From: an uncultured virus (IMG/VR IMGVR_UViG_3300033994_002454) | Lineage: Duplodnaviria; Heunggongvirae; Uroviricota; Caudoviricetes | Strand: one strand, 5' to 3' | Virus record (IMG/VR): IMGVR_UViG_3300033994_002454 | Coordinates: 62,001 to 124,015 of that record | Length of the DNA: 62,015 nucleotides | Part shown: positions 49,757 to 58,509 of the stretch, piece after piece | How the letters are laid out: each line of letters opens with the position of its first letter | How positions within the stretch are numbered: the first letter of the stretch is position 1 | Program-made: the position numbers and the translations under genes | The notes under the pieces: model-generated | The model's input: only the letters and a program-made list of their open reading frames with translations | Databases searched by the model: none | Told to the model about the DNA's origin: nothing

Positions 49757-50218
49757 TTATAGTTCAATAATCTTGAAAATTCTTGTATTTAATTGTTTAA
49801 TCTCATTGTGTTGAGTTAATAAAATACAATTTCTATAATGTTGCCAGTTTACTGGGTATTTGGTATCAACTACACCTCCATTTAACTTTTTAATTAACTC
49901 ATTTAATGCGTTTATTGTATAAAGTGTGTTTGATTCTTTTTTTCTATGTACTAAAATGGTATTATCGGGAATATCATTTACATTTCCTTGATCTACATTA
50001 TATGTAATAACATATTCATTATTGCTTTTAATGTGCAATACAAACATTTTATCGTACATAATACTATAGCGTTTAGATAACGCATCAATCAACGCCTCTA
50101 ACTCACTCAATGGGGTAAAAGTACAAAACAGTCTGTTATTCATTAATAGCGTATCAAATGTAAAATCATAGTCGTATTGATCATACATATATTGAGGTTG
50201 TTCTAAAGTACTATACAT
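49757..50218 (-). CDS. hypothetical protein between PolA-like gene and SSB
   Basis: LFCTF, VHRKKESNTLYTINALN. Confidence 0.65.
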   Translation of the reverse strand: MYSTLEQPQYMYDQYDYDFTFDTLLMNNRLFCTFTPLSELEALIDALSKRYSIMYDKMFVLHIKSNNEYVITYNVDQGNVNDIPDNTILVHRKKESNTLYTINALNELIKKLNGGVVDTKYPVNWQHYRNCILLTQHNEIKQLNTRIFKIIEL

Positions 50219-50223
50219 AACTT

Positions 50224-51471
50224 TTATTTAATATCGTTGTAGTTTTTACCTTGTTTTACTTTAATTTGTAATTTTTTGTCTTTAAATACCTGTTTTATCT
50301 GTTCTATCATATCTATTTCACTTTCATCTACATCAAATAAAAACGAATCGTACACATATAGTACGAGTTTAGTATTTTTTCCTCGCAAAATCTTAAATAT
50401 CTCATATAATATAAGAACATTATTTGCGGTCTCCAAATTTTGTAGTACGTAATTTAAAAGCTTTTGTGGATTCATATTTTCCAGATCCTTTTTCATAAAT
50501 TTATGATTTGAAATGGGGCATTTAATGTATCCGTTTGTGTTAAATGTTTTCCACAAATCATCTGTATATGTTTTTACTTGTCGAAAAAAGTCCAAGGTTT
50601 CGTATTCCTTCCATATTCCTCCATAAAGCTGTTTAAACGTGATCTCTTTCGCTTTGGTGTAATCCACACCATACATTTTAGAAAAAGATAAGTGGATATC
50701 GTCACTACCAAAGTCGTAACCGCAAAGACTAGCCAAAAGGGTAGGGTGATAAGCAGATATGTCAAACTCAATAAAACTCTCATTACGGGGTATAAAGCAT
50801 TTTCTTTCTTCATTGTCTTTGTTTAGGGCTGAAAAGTTAATAGTATTAAATGTATTTGATGGTCTTGTTGTTAATGTGTTTAAATTGTATTGCGTGTATA
50901 CAAATTCATCTACTTGTTGATCGAAGTACTCCTCGAACAATAATGGATCTACTTTAATACCCGCTCGTTCTAGTTGATTAAACACAAGTGCTGCTTTATT
51001 GTAAAATGGGTTTATTTCACCTTTAAAGTTAGCATAGTTTTGTTCACATACCTCATAGTGTTTTACGATCGGTACTATTGTGTTTAAATATTGTATATTT
51101 GGATACTTGTTGTAAATGTGTGTGTGAGCCGTTGTTTGTTGAGGTATATACGTATGGGGGGAGGGTGAGTATTGGTAACAATGCTTAAGGCAAAAATAAT
51201 GTAAAAATTCCTTTCTATCCCTTACGTAAATGTTTTTTATACTGTTTAATACTTTTAAACAATCATCTATTGTAGAATTTATTGTTTCGCTATGGTTGAT
51301 TGGGATAATATATCCTTTTAAATCATCCCTTGGACGAATGTAAAGAGCACATACTTCATTTTCAACAGGGTGTAAGTTGTGTGAAGTTGGAATTACTTCA
51401 ACATAAGCAACTTCGTGTCTTGCTCTTGCTAAAATGTCTATATGTTTAGGATCTTCTATAAGCCAATACAT
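50224..51471 (-). CDS. short divergent family A DNA polymerase-like protein
   Basis: T.T.R.SN, R.CF.P, motif A DISAYHP, motif B KEITFKQLYG, NY.LQ, motif C YVYDSFLFD. Confidence 0.8.
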   Translation of the reverse strand: MYWLIEDPKHIDILARARHEVAYVEVIPTSHNLHPVENEVCALYIRPRDDLKGYIIPINHSETINSTIDDCLKVLNSIKNIYVRDRKEFLHYFCLKHCYQYSPSPHTYIPQQTTAHTHIYNKYPNIQYLNTIVPIVKHYEVCEQNYANFKGEINPFYNKAALVFNQLERAGIKVDPLLFEEYFDQQVDEFVYTQYNLNTLTTRPSNTFNTINFSALNKDNEERKCFIPRNESFIEFDISAYHPTLLASLCGYDFGSDDIHLSFSKMYGVDYTKAKEITFKQLYGGIWKEYETLDFFRQVKTYTDDLWKTFNTNGYIKCPISNHKFMKKDLENMNPQKLLNYVLQNLETANNVLILYEIFKILRGKNTKLVLYVYDSFLFDVDESEIDMIEQIKQVFKDKKLQIKVKQGKNYNDIK

Positions 51472-51494
51472 GCTTTGAAGATACTAAAGATTTT

Positions 51495-52103
51495 TTAGGA
51501 TTCCACGTAATATTTTAAAAACTTGTCTTGAAAATATTGAGAGAACCCATACCATTTTAAGTTTTGCTCTATAGCAACAGCAGATGCTTTATTTGATTTA
51601 TAAACTTGTTCTTTATTGCCTACAATTTGCCAATTTAATATAGCAGGAGTATACAGATCCCATGCTATTTGAGGGTCTTGATTTGCAAGTTTTTTGTATG
51701 TATTTAAATCAATTTCTAGATATTGTATTTCATTATTTTTTTTACAAAAATACCTTGTAAATTGTTTATTTTGTTGGTCCTGAGGAGTGGGTATAGTTGG
51801 GTTAAATAAGGGGATAAATCTTTCTTGAAGGAGAGACAAATTATATTCTAAATCTATAGTTTCAAGGGTTATTATTGGAGGTATGACATTGTTAGTAACT
51901 CCTGTATTAAAAATGTTAGAAAATTGGTTATTAATAGGGATTAAAAGAATATTAGGTGGGTTTTGAGGATTTTTTCCAGTAAATTTACTTCCATTTGAAA
52001 CTTCATAGTAATATCCAGTATATATCTCGTTAGTAGAAGAAAGTTTATAAGCATCACCATTAGTGAAAAGATTAGTTTTTATTTGAGATTTTGGGTAATA
52101 CAT
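51495..52103 (-). CDS. hypothetical (probably virion) protein
   Basis: YYPKSQI, Y.GYY, FTRYFCKK.N; end of baseplate block. Confidence 0.6.
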   Translation of the reverse strand: MYYPKSQIKTNLFTNGDAYKLSSTNEIYTGYYYEVSNGSKFTGKNPQNPPNILLIPINNQFSNIFNTGVTNNVIPPIITLETIDLEYNLSLLQERFIPLFNPTIPTPQDQQNKQFTRYFCKKNNEIQYLEIDLNTYKKLANQDPQIAWDLYTPAILNWQIVGNKEQVYKSNKASAVAIEQNLKWYGFSQYFQDKFLKYYVES

Positions 52104-52112
52104 AAAAATTTA

Positions 52113-55100
52113 TTATCTATTGGGAATTACATAATCGGCCATTCGTTTTACATCAGGTTCATATGTTTTTCCTTTATTATAATTATACCTAAAAGTAAAA
52201 TCAATACATATTAATTTATCTATATTTCTTTCTCCACCATCCCAAACATTTTTTAAATTTTTAGCATAAGCTTGAAAATATCCTGGTCCATTATATCTAG
52301 CTCTATACCACATATATCTTGTTCTTACATCACTTAAAATAAGATTTTTAAGTTCAGGATGAGTTTTAAAATTACCATTTAACATTGTGTAAAATGATTC
52401 TTCAACTATTTTATATTTAAGTTCTTTAAGTCTTTCAAGATCTTTTTTCCATTGGGTTTGATTAATGTTTCTTCCACCCCAATAAGGATCTTTATCAGGA
52501 TAATGAAGATTATCATATTTCCATCCTTTATCTTGATAATTTTTATAAATTAACCCTCCTGGACTTTTCCACTTTTGCCAGCCGCTCCATTTTTTGCCAT
52601 ATTTTAAACTAAGGGATGAAAAGGCTCCAAACCCAGAATATTTATCTACTATACTCCAAAATTCTCGTTTATTAGCAGTGCCGTCTCCATCACCAGCAAA
52701 TCTATCTTCTCCCCAAAGAGTTTCTCCTGAAGCTCCCATTCCTACTCCTCCTGGTTTAGGGGATACATTATTTTCAGATGTATATACAACATATTGGATA
52801 GGATGAAAGTATCCTCCTTCATTTTTTCCTCTAATAAAGTCAATAACAGATTTATCAGTATTTTGAATACCTTTGTAATTAAGATAATTAATGTTTCTTG
52901 ATTTTAAAATAGATCTTTCTGAAGATAATATTCCATTGCCTTGAGGAATACTACTGCATGATTTTACATTTCCTGAGGTTGATGCTGCTTGAACTGCTTG
53001 AGAATATGTTTGGTAAATAGGGTTTGAAACTGTTTGATCAATTTCAGTAATATCTCCTGTTTTAGGAATAACAGTTGCTTCTATTTCAGTTTCCCAATCA
53101 TTATTTGCTAACTTATGGTTTACCCCAGTAACAATTAAATTTAAATTGTCACCATACGCTTTGGGTAAAAATCGAGTATCAACTTGTAATTTACTATATA
53201 TTTTTATACCCGATATTCCATCCATAACAAATGAAATTTTAAATGGTATAAATCCAATTGTTCCTCCTGATTTTATACCATTAGAAGCCATTGTATATTT
53301 GTTATATTCTGTTACTATAGAAATATTTTTATCTATAATATCAGAAGAAATAGAAACTTTATTATTGTCATCATTTCCAAATCCATAAAGTCTTGCAACC
53401 TTTCCTCCATAGTAATTTTTATTATAGTTTACAACAGCTTCATCTTCTGAGCCCGAAACTGAAGAAGAAGGAGGGGCTGAGTTTGGATTTCCAGGTATAA
53501 GGGATTCTTTAAATCTATCAGTTAATCCAACATTCCATTTTGAAAATGCAGTTGCTTCAACTCCTTTAACATATCCTCCAGCAGTTGCTCCTACAGTAAT
53601 CATAGTAGCATACTCTGGGGTTATGGCTGTTTTTAAGTCGACTTTTCTAACAAAATTAGATTCATATAAGTTTCCATTTTTTTTATATCCATATAATTGG
53701 AGGATATAATTTGAGACATCATTTTGGTTTAACCCAGGGATAGGGGTTGTATCTACAATACTAAGAACATTACTATTTTCATCAACTACTGGTTCTAGGT
53801 TGTTTACTCCACCTAAAGCTTTATTTAAACCATCACATATTGATTTTAAAAAGTTATATACATTAACATCTCCCCTTTCATCGGCATTTGAACTTATGCA
53901 TTCCGTAATAAAGTCAAAATTCAAATAAATATTCATAGGGGTTGCTACATTTTTATTTTCTGTAACTTGAAAAGGAAAAATTTCTGGGAGGACTTTATAT
54001 TTGCCTCCTAAAGAATCATTTCTTACTAAACAAACTCTTGGGTCTAAAGAAACTTGACTTTTTAAAGTAAACATAACATTGTTTTCTTCACTGTAATCAA
54101 TATTTACAATTGGAGGTCTACTTGCATAGTCAGAATTACCATCATCTATTTTTGGAAATATATCTTCAACAAGATATTTTAATAAAGCTCCAAATCTAAG
54201 ATAATATGGATAAGTAGGTATACTTAGAAAAAAACAATCTTCACATCCAAAATTTCTAATAGGGTTTTCAGCAGAAACTGTAGTAGAATTTAATTTTTTG
54301 TAAGCTACATAGATATAATAATAATCCCATCCAGGATCTGCTATTTCTCTTACAGTGCCTGCTCTATCATTAGCTACTTCATATCTTACTTTAGCACTAT
54401 TCCAAATTTTTACAACAGGATATTCACCTTCTTTAGGGTTTTTAGTTTTTGTTGCTAAAGCATCTTCTAATGATTTTTGTTTTTGAGTAATTGCAGCTTC
54501 AAGCACACTAGGAGAATTTGATGAAAGCTCTTCTTTTACTGGTTGGAACCATTCACTTTTAGCTTCTGGGTGAACTTTAGAAAGTTCTAAAGCATTTTTT
54601 CCTGATAATCCTGCTGAAAGTTTTTTTGAAGATATCTTATAATAAAATTCTACTGTAGTAGTTTGGGCTTCAACAGTTTTTCCTCCAGGAGGAATAAAAG
54701 TTCCCATATTTTTTAAATCAGTAAATGTAACTTGAAGTTCTTTAGGGATTTGTTTAACGTATTCTGGGTTTTCAAAATTTCTATTGGTCCATTTCCATGT
54801 CCACAACATAGCATATAGAGCATTAGAACTTTTATTATCTTCTATTATGTTGGGGTTATTTGAAGATTCGTTTGTAGAGGTACTACCTTGAAAAGAAGTT
54901 TGGTTGTTAATTTTACTAGCTTCTTCTTCGGATAAAGAAATTGAACCTATTTCTGTAAACTTTTTAAAACTTTGAGGGATCGAAATATTAGTTTTTAATG
55001 ATTCAATAACATCACCTAAACTTATTATAGTAATTTCTATACTATATGATCCATCAGGTTGAAATGCCCAACTAAAATTAGATACTTTACCTAAAAGTCC

Positions 55101-55781
55101 ATCGTAGTTTCCTGCATATTTTTGTCTGTAGGTTTCAATAGGGGTTAACATATCTAGATATGACTTTTTTTCACCTAAATCAAAAAACGTTTTTTCAAGT
55201 AATGTCTCACGTAATATGTCTCTATCTACCCCATTAGCAGTAAAAAGACTATTTCCCCATTCAAGTAAAACAGTATATCCTAGTCTTAAATATAAAAGAT
55301 CTATAATATCAAATTGTTGTTTATTATGAGCAATTAGTCTAACTGTTGCTTTTTTAATTGAACCCCTATTTAATGATTTTATATCAGCACTTAAAATACC
55401 AGGCATAGGAGAATATCCATATGTTCCATAAGTATATGAACTATTTGGATCTTGGGGGAGAAAGCCTTGTCGTTGAATTAATCTATCAGTTCCATCTTGT
55501 TCTAATCTAGAAAATCCAGCATGTAAAATATATTTTTTTGCTAAACCCATTCCATTAAGGGAAGTAGATACCCCTATATCCGTTAACCTTTCAGCACTTA
55601 CTGAAATTCCAGAGGCTAATTTTACCCAAGCTGTATTAGAATTTAAAAGATTAATTTGTTGGTCGGTTCTAGAAAATGATGATTTATCATTAGCAGTTCC
55701 AGCACCACTTCCATGAAGTAGTTGTCTAACAACTATTTGATTTGCAACATATCCTGGGATTGGTTCTCCGATAATAGCCAT
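52113..55781 (-). CDS. baseplate hub-like protein with C-terminal muramidase-like domain
   Basis: PMPGI.S, LRLGYTVLLEWG, NYDGLLG.V.NFSW, DGISGI, VNH.L...WET; EGGY/GET motifs in C-terminal domain. Confidence 0.65.
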   Translation of the reverse strand: MAIIGEPIPGYVANQIVVRQLLHGSGAGTANDKSSFSRTDQQINLLNSNTAWVKLASGISVSAERLTDIGVSTSLNGMGLAKKYILHAGFSRLEQDGTDRLIQRQGFLPQDPNSSYTYGTYGYSPMPGILSADIKSLNRGSIKKATVRLIAHNKQQFDIIDLLYLRLGYTVLLEWGNSLFTANGVDRDILRETLLEKTFFDLGEKKSYLDMLTPIETYRQKYAGNYDGLLGKVSNFSWAFQPDGSYSIEITIISLGDVIESLKTNISIPQSFKKFTEIGSISLSEEEASKINNQTSFQGSTSTNESSNNPNIIEDNKSSNALYAMLWTWKWTNRNFENPEYVKQIPKELQVTFTDLKNMGTFIPPGGKTVEAQTTTVEFYYKISSKKLSAGLSGKNALELSKVHPEAKSEWFQPVKEELSSNSPSVLEAAITQKQKSLEDALATKTKNPKEGEYPVVKIWNSAKVRYEVANDRAGTVREIADPGWDYYYIYVAYKKLNSTTVSAENPIRNFGCEDCFFLSIPTYPYYLRFGALLKYLVEDIFPKIDDGNSDYASRPPIVNIDYSEENNVMFTLKSQVSLDPRVCLVRNDSLGGKYKVLPEIFPFQVTENKNVATPMNIYLNFDFITECISSNADERGDVNVYNFLKSICDGLNKALGGVNNLEPVVDENSNVLSIVDTTPIPGLNQNDVSNYILQLYGYKKNGNLYESNFVRKVDLKTAITPEYATMITVGATAGGYVKGVEATAFSKWNVGLTDRFKESLIPGNPNSAPPSSSVSGSEDEAVVNYNKNYYGGKVARLYGFGNDDNNKVSISSDIIDKNISIVTEYNKYTMASNGIKSGGTIGFIPFKISFVMDGISGIKIYSKLQVDTRFLPKAYGDNLNLIVTGVNHKLANNDWETEIEATVIPKTGDITEIDQTVSNPIYQTYSQAVQAASTSGNVKSCSSIPQGNGILSSERSILKSRNINYLNYKGIQNTDKSVIDFIRGKNEGGYFHPIQYVVYTSENNVSPKPGGVGMGASGETLWGEDRFAGDGDGTANKREFWSIVDKYSGFGAFSSLSLKYGKKWSGWQKWKSPGGLIYKNYQDKGWKYDNLHYPDKDPYWGGRNINQTQWKKDLERLKELKYKIVEESFYTMLNGNFKTHPELKNLILSDVRTRYMWYRARYNGPGYFQAYAKNLKNVWDGGERNIDKLICIDFTFRYNYNKGKTYEPDVKRMADYVIPNR

Positions 55782-55788
55782 AACTTTT

Positions 55789-56103
55789 TTAAATTGATAA
55801 ATTTAATGCTTCATATTGTAATAAAATTTCTCCTATTCTGTCAAAAGCAGGAATCCTGATTTGGGCCCCTACAGTAGGAAATATTGAATTTGCATCTTGA
55901 TTTGGGTTTGCACGATTAATTATCCACCACAAAGTTGAATCATTATAGTAGTTTTGTGCTATAACATCATACCTATCACCTTGTGTAGTATATACATAAA
56001 TATCTAAAGAACTCAAAGGAATTATTGGATATTTAGTTAAAGCATATCCTATTTGAGATCCATTAGGAGTATCATATGTAAAAGAACCTCTGTAACGAAT
56101 CAT
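55789..56103 (-). CDS. LysM-like baseplate protein (gp53/gpX-like)
   Basis: GDRYDVIA..YY.D..LWWII..AN, G.QIRIP. Confidence 0.8.
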   Translation of the reverse strand: MIRYRGSFTYDTPNGSQIGYALTKYPIIPLSSLDIYVYTTQGDRYDVIAQNYYNDSTLWWIINRANPNQDANSIFPTVGAQIRIPAFDRIGEILLQYEALNLSI

Positions 56104-58172
56104 AATTGAGTAAGTGTATTAGAATTAATTAAACCTTGGTTATTTGTAACATTTTCTATCCCTGATGGGGCTTGTTGGGATACTAATAAGTTTGTAGTGG
56201 TTTGGTTTTGTAAAGCAATCTTTTCTGACTCTATTTGATTTAATCGTGAATTTTCTCTATCATAATTTGATGTTTCAGGACGAAGTTGGTCTATGTATCT
56301 TTGTTTACCTGTGTTTAGTAATCTAGTACTATCAGTTCCAAGTTTATCATTTCTAAATGATTGTTTTTCAGGTCTAAATTTGTGAATTGGAATAAATTTA
56401 ATACCCGTTACTTTAATCATATGAGGTACTTGTCTGATATCATTTATAGGTAAATCATTTCCCGCATCATCTATACCTATTTCCCAAGGTGATTCTTCAG
56501 GGACATCAAATGTTAATGATGTTATAACTCCTGGTTGGTCATCTAAATAACCTCCTAAAGTAACGTATGCAATGTTTCCTGCCATATATCCTGATGTGTA
56601 ACTATCAAGGTACTCAGGAGCAAGTGAAGAGGCAAGGAAGTTTAACTTATCATACATAATTGTTATTTCTTCTCTTGATTGAGCTACAATAGTAAATGCC
56701 ATTGATATTTCTCGAGTAAATCCTCCATATTTGTAGAATTTTTCTGCTCTACCCATATATTCTATAGATTTCCATTCAGCACCATATGAATCAGAAAATG
56801 AATCTATAAAAGCTCTAAAGTGCATATATTTTTTATATGTACCTCCTACTTGATTATCATTGTTTAATATAGCGATAAAAAACGGAATAATGTCTTTTAA
56901 ATTTGGGTCGGTAGAGTATTTAGATCCGTCTTTAGTGTTTGTTTTATATATTGGAGAAGCATTTACTCTATCTACAGGTCCTAAATTGGTAATAGGTCCG
57001 TTTATAGATTTTTTACCTGCTGTGTAACTTGAAATGTTTCCTTTTCTTCCAGGATTACCCAATTTAAGATTATCTTCAATATTGTTAGTTGCATATGGAG
57101 GAGCTAAACTTAAAAAGGTATATTGAGGGCTTTCTGTTGGTTTTAGTATTTGTCTAAAATCATTTAATGTAGTTGCATCCGAATTAATAGGTTGGTTTGT
57201 AAAGTCTTGTTGTGTCCATGAACCTTTTCCTATATTACTATTACTTTTAAGTGATCCTGATTCGTAAACATCTATTGGAAAATTTTGTGTAAACGAATTT
57301 TTTCCGTTTTTGGTTAAATCATTTTCAACAAAATTACTTGAAAAACTTTTTATATATTCGTTATAATCTGAAGATGCGTTAATAGGTAATTGGAATTTAT
57401 CCTCATTGGTTGGATCATATGGTTTACCTACTAAATAATCTTTTGGCTTTGGTACTAGTGTTTTTAAAGGAACACCATCGTTTCCGGTTGCAAATTTAAT
57501 TTTAGTTTTTCCTATTCCTAAAACTGAGTCGGATCCGCCTCCATAAGAAATTAAAACATCATTTTCTAGTGTAGGATTTAAACTATATCCTTTAACAAAA
57601 GCAAAATTATTTTCACCACTATTTACTGGAATTAAAGTAGAAAGTCTAACTAGTCTATTGTTTTCTAAATCAATTCTTCCAGTAAGTTGATTTTGGGCAA
57701 TAACATCTTGATATTTGTTAATAGAAGCAAATGAAAATAAACCAGTAGGATCTAAACCTTGTTTGTTTACATGACCTCCAGCCCATACTATTCCAGCTTC
57801 AGCTAATGTAGATAATGGTGTATATGCTCCTTCATTTAAAGCACCCCCAGCATAACCTAACCCTTTAGATGCTTCAGTTTTTGTACCTACTCGAGAAAGT
57901 AGGTTTTGTTTTGCTGTAAATAAAAGCCCGCTAGGGTTTTTTATGTTTATAAAATATTTGGTTAAACGAGTAACGTCTTCAGCGGCACTTAAAGGGGCTT
58001 CAATTCCTCCACGCAATACAAAATCGTTATAAAACGAAGGATTCTGAAGACCTGTTTGTATGTTTTGAGGAATAAAAGGTTGTCCACTATCTCCCCCTCC
58101 TGGTCTATCTTTACCAAATTTAAGTGATTTTAATTGGGTATCCCCATTATTTAATTTCAGTAAAAGACCCAT
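56100..58172 (-). CDS. baseplate/tail-tube initiator-like protein
   Basis: FRAFID.FSD.Y..EW....Y.GRAE.FY.Y.GF.R.I, KLNFLAS...P.Y. Confidence 0.65.
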   Translation of the reverse strand: MGLLLKLNNGDTQLKSLKFGKDRPGGGDSGQPFIPQNIQTGLQNPSFYNDFVLRGGIEAPLSAAEDVTRLTKYFINIKNPSGLLFTAKQNLLSRVGTKTEASKGLGYAGGALNEGAYTPLSTLAEAGIVWAGGHVNKQGLDPTGLFSFASINKYQDVIAQNQLTGRIDLENNRLVRLSTLIPVNSGENNFAFVKGYSLNPTLENDVLISYGGGSDSVLGIGKTKIKFATGNDGVPLKTLVPKPKDYLVGKPYDPTNEDKFQLPINASSDYNEYIKSFSSNFVENDLTKNGKNSFTQNFPIDVYESGSLKSNSNIGKGSWTQQDFTNQPINSDATTLNDFRQILKPTESPQYTFLSLAPPYATNNIEDNLKLGNPGRKGNISSYTAGKKSINGPITNLGPVDRVNASPIYKTNTKDGSKYSTDPNLKDIIPFFIAILNNDNQVGGTYKKYMHFRAFIDSFSDSYGAEWKSIEYMGRAEKFYKYGGFTREISMAFTIVAQSREEITIMYDKLNFLASSLAPEYLDSYTSGYMAGNIAYVTLGGYLDDQPGVITSLTFDVPEESPWEIGIDDAGNDLPINDIRQVPHMIKVTGIKFIPIHKFRPEKQSFRNDKLGTDSTRLLNTGKQRYIDQLRPETSNYDRENSRLNQIESEKIALQNQTTTNLLVSQQAPSGIENVTNNQGLINSNTLTQL

Positions 58173-58182
58173 TTAATTAGTT

Positions 58183-58479
58183 TTAACCAGGTAAATTATT
58201 CAAATACGGTAAACCTTGTCCACCTGGTGATACTGGTGGGATAACTCCATTTATGTCTAATAATGAAGGCAATGGAATTTGGTTTGGTGTTCCATCTTGA
58301 TATGCATTATAATCTGCTGTTACTTGACCAGCATTAGCACCATTTAATGAATATCCTGGTTGGTTTCCATTAGCATGTAATTTAGATTGCTGGGTTGCAA
58401 GTGGATTTACAGTTGGAGTAGTACCATCATATGCTGTAAAAGCAGATCCTTGAGTTGTTAATTTAGTTAAGATTCCCAT
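58183..58479 (-). CDS. hypothetical virion protein
   Basis: PS.LD..G, Y..NLP; late motif at 58494-58503. Confidence 0.55.
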   Translation of the reverse strand: MGILTKLTTQGSAFTAYDGTTPTVNPLATQQSKLHANGNQPGYSLNGANAGQVTADYNAYQDGTPNQIPLPSLLDINGVIPPVSPGGQGLPYLNNLPG

Positions 58480-58509
58480 GGTTATTTATTTTATTATAAA
58501 TATTATGTA

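Noticed and set aside
50224..51471. DpoZ/2-aminoadenine system
   Set aside because: No purZ or datZ in the window and the protein is much shorter than replicative family-A phage polymerases
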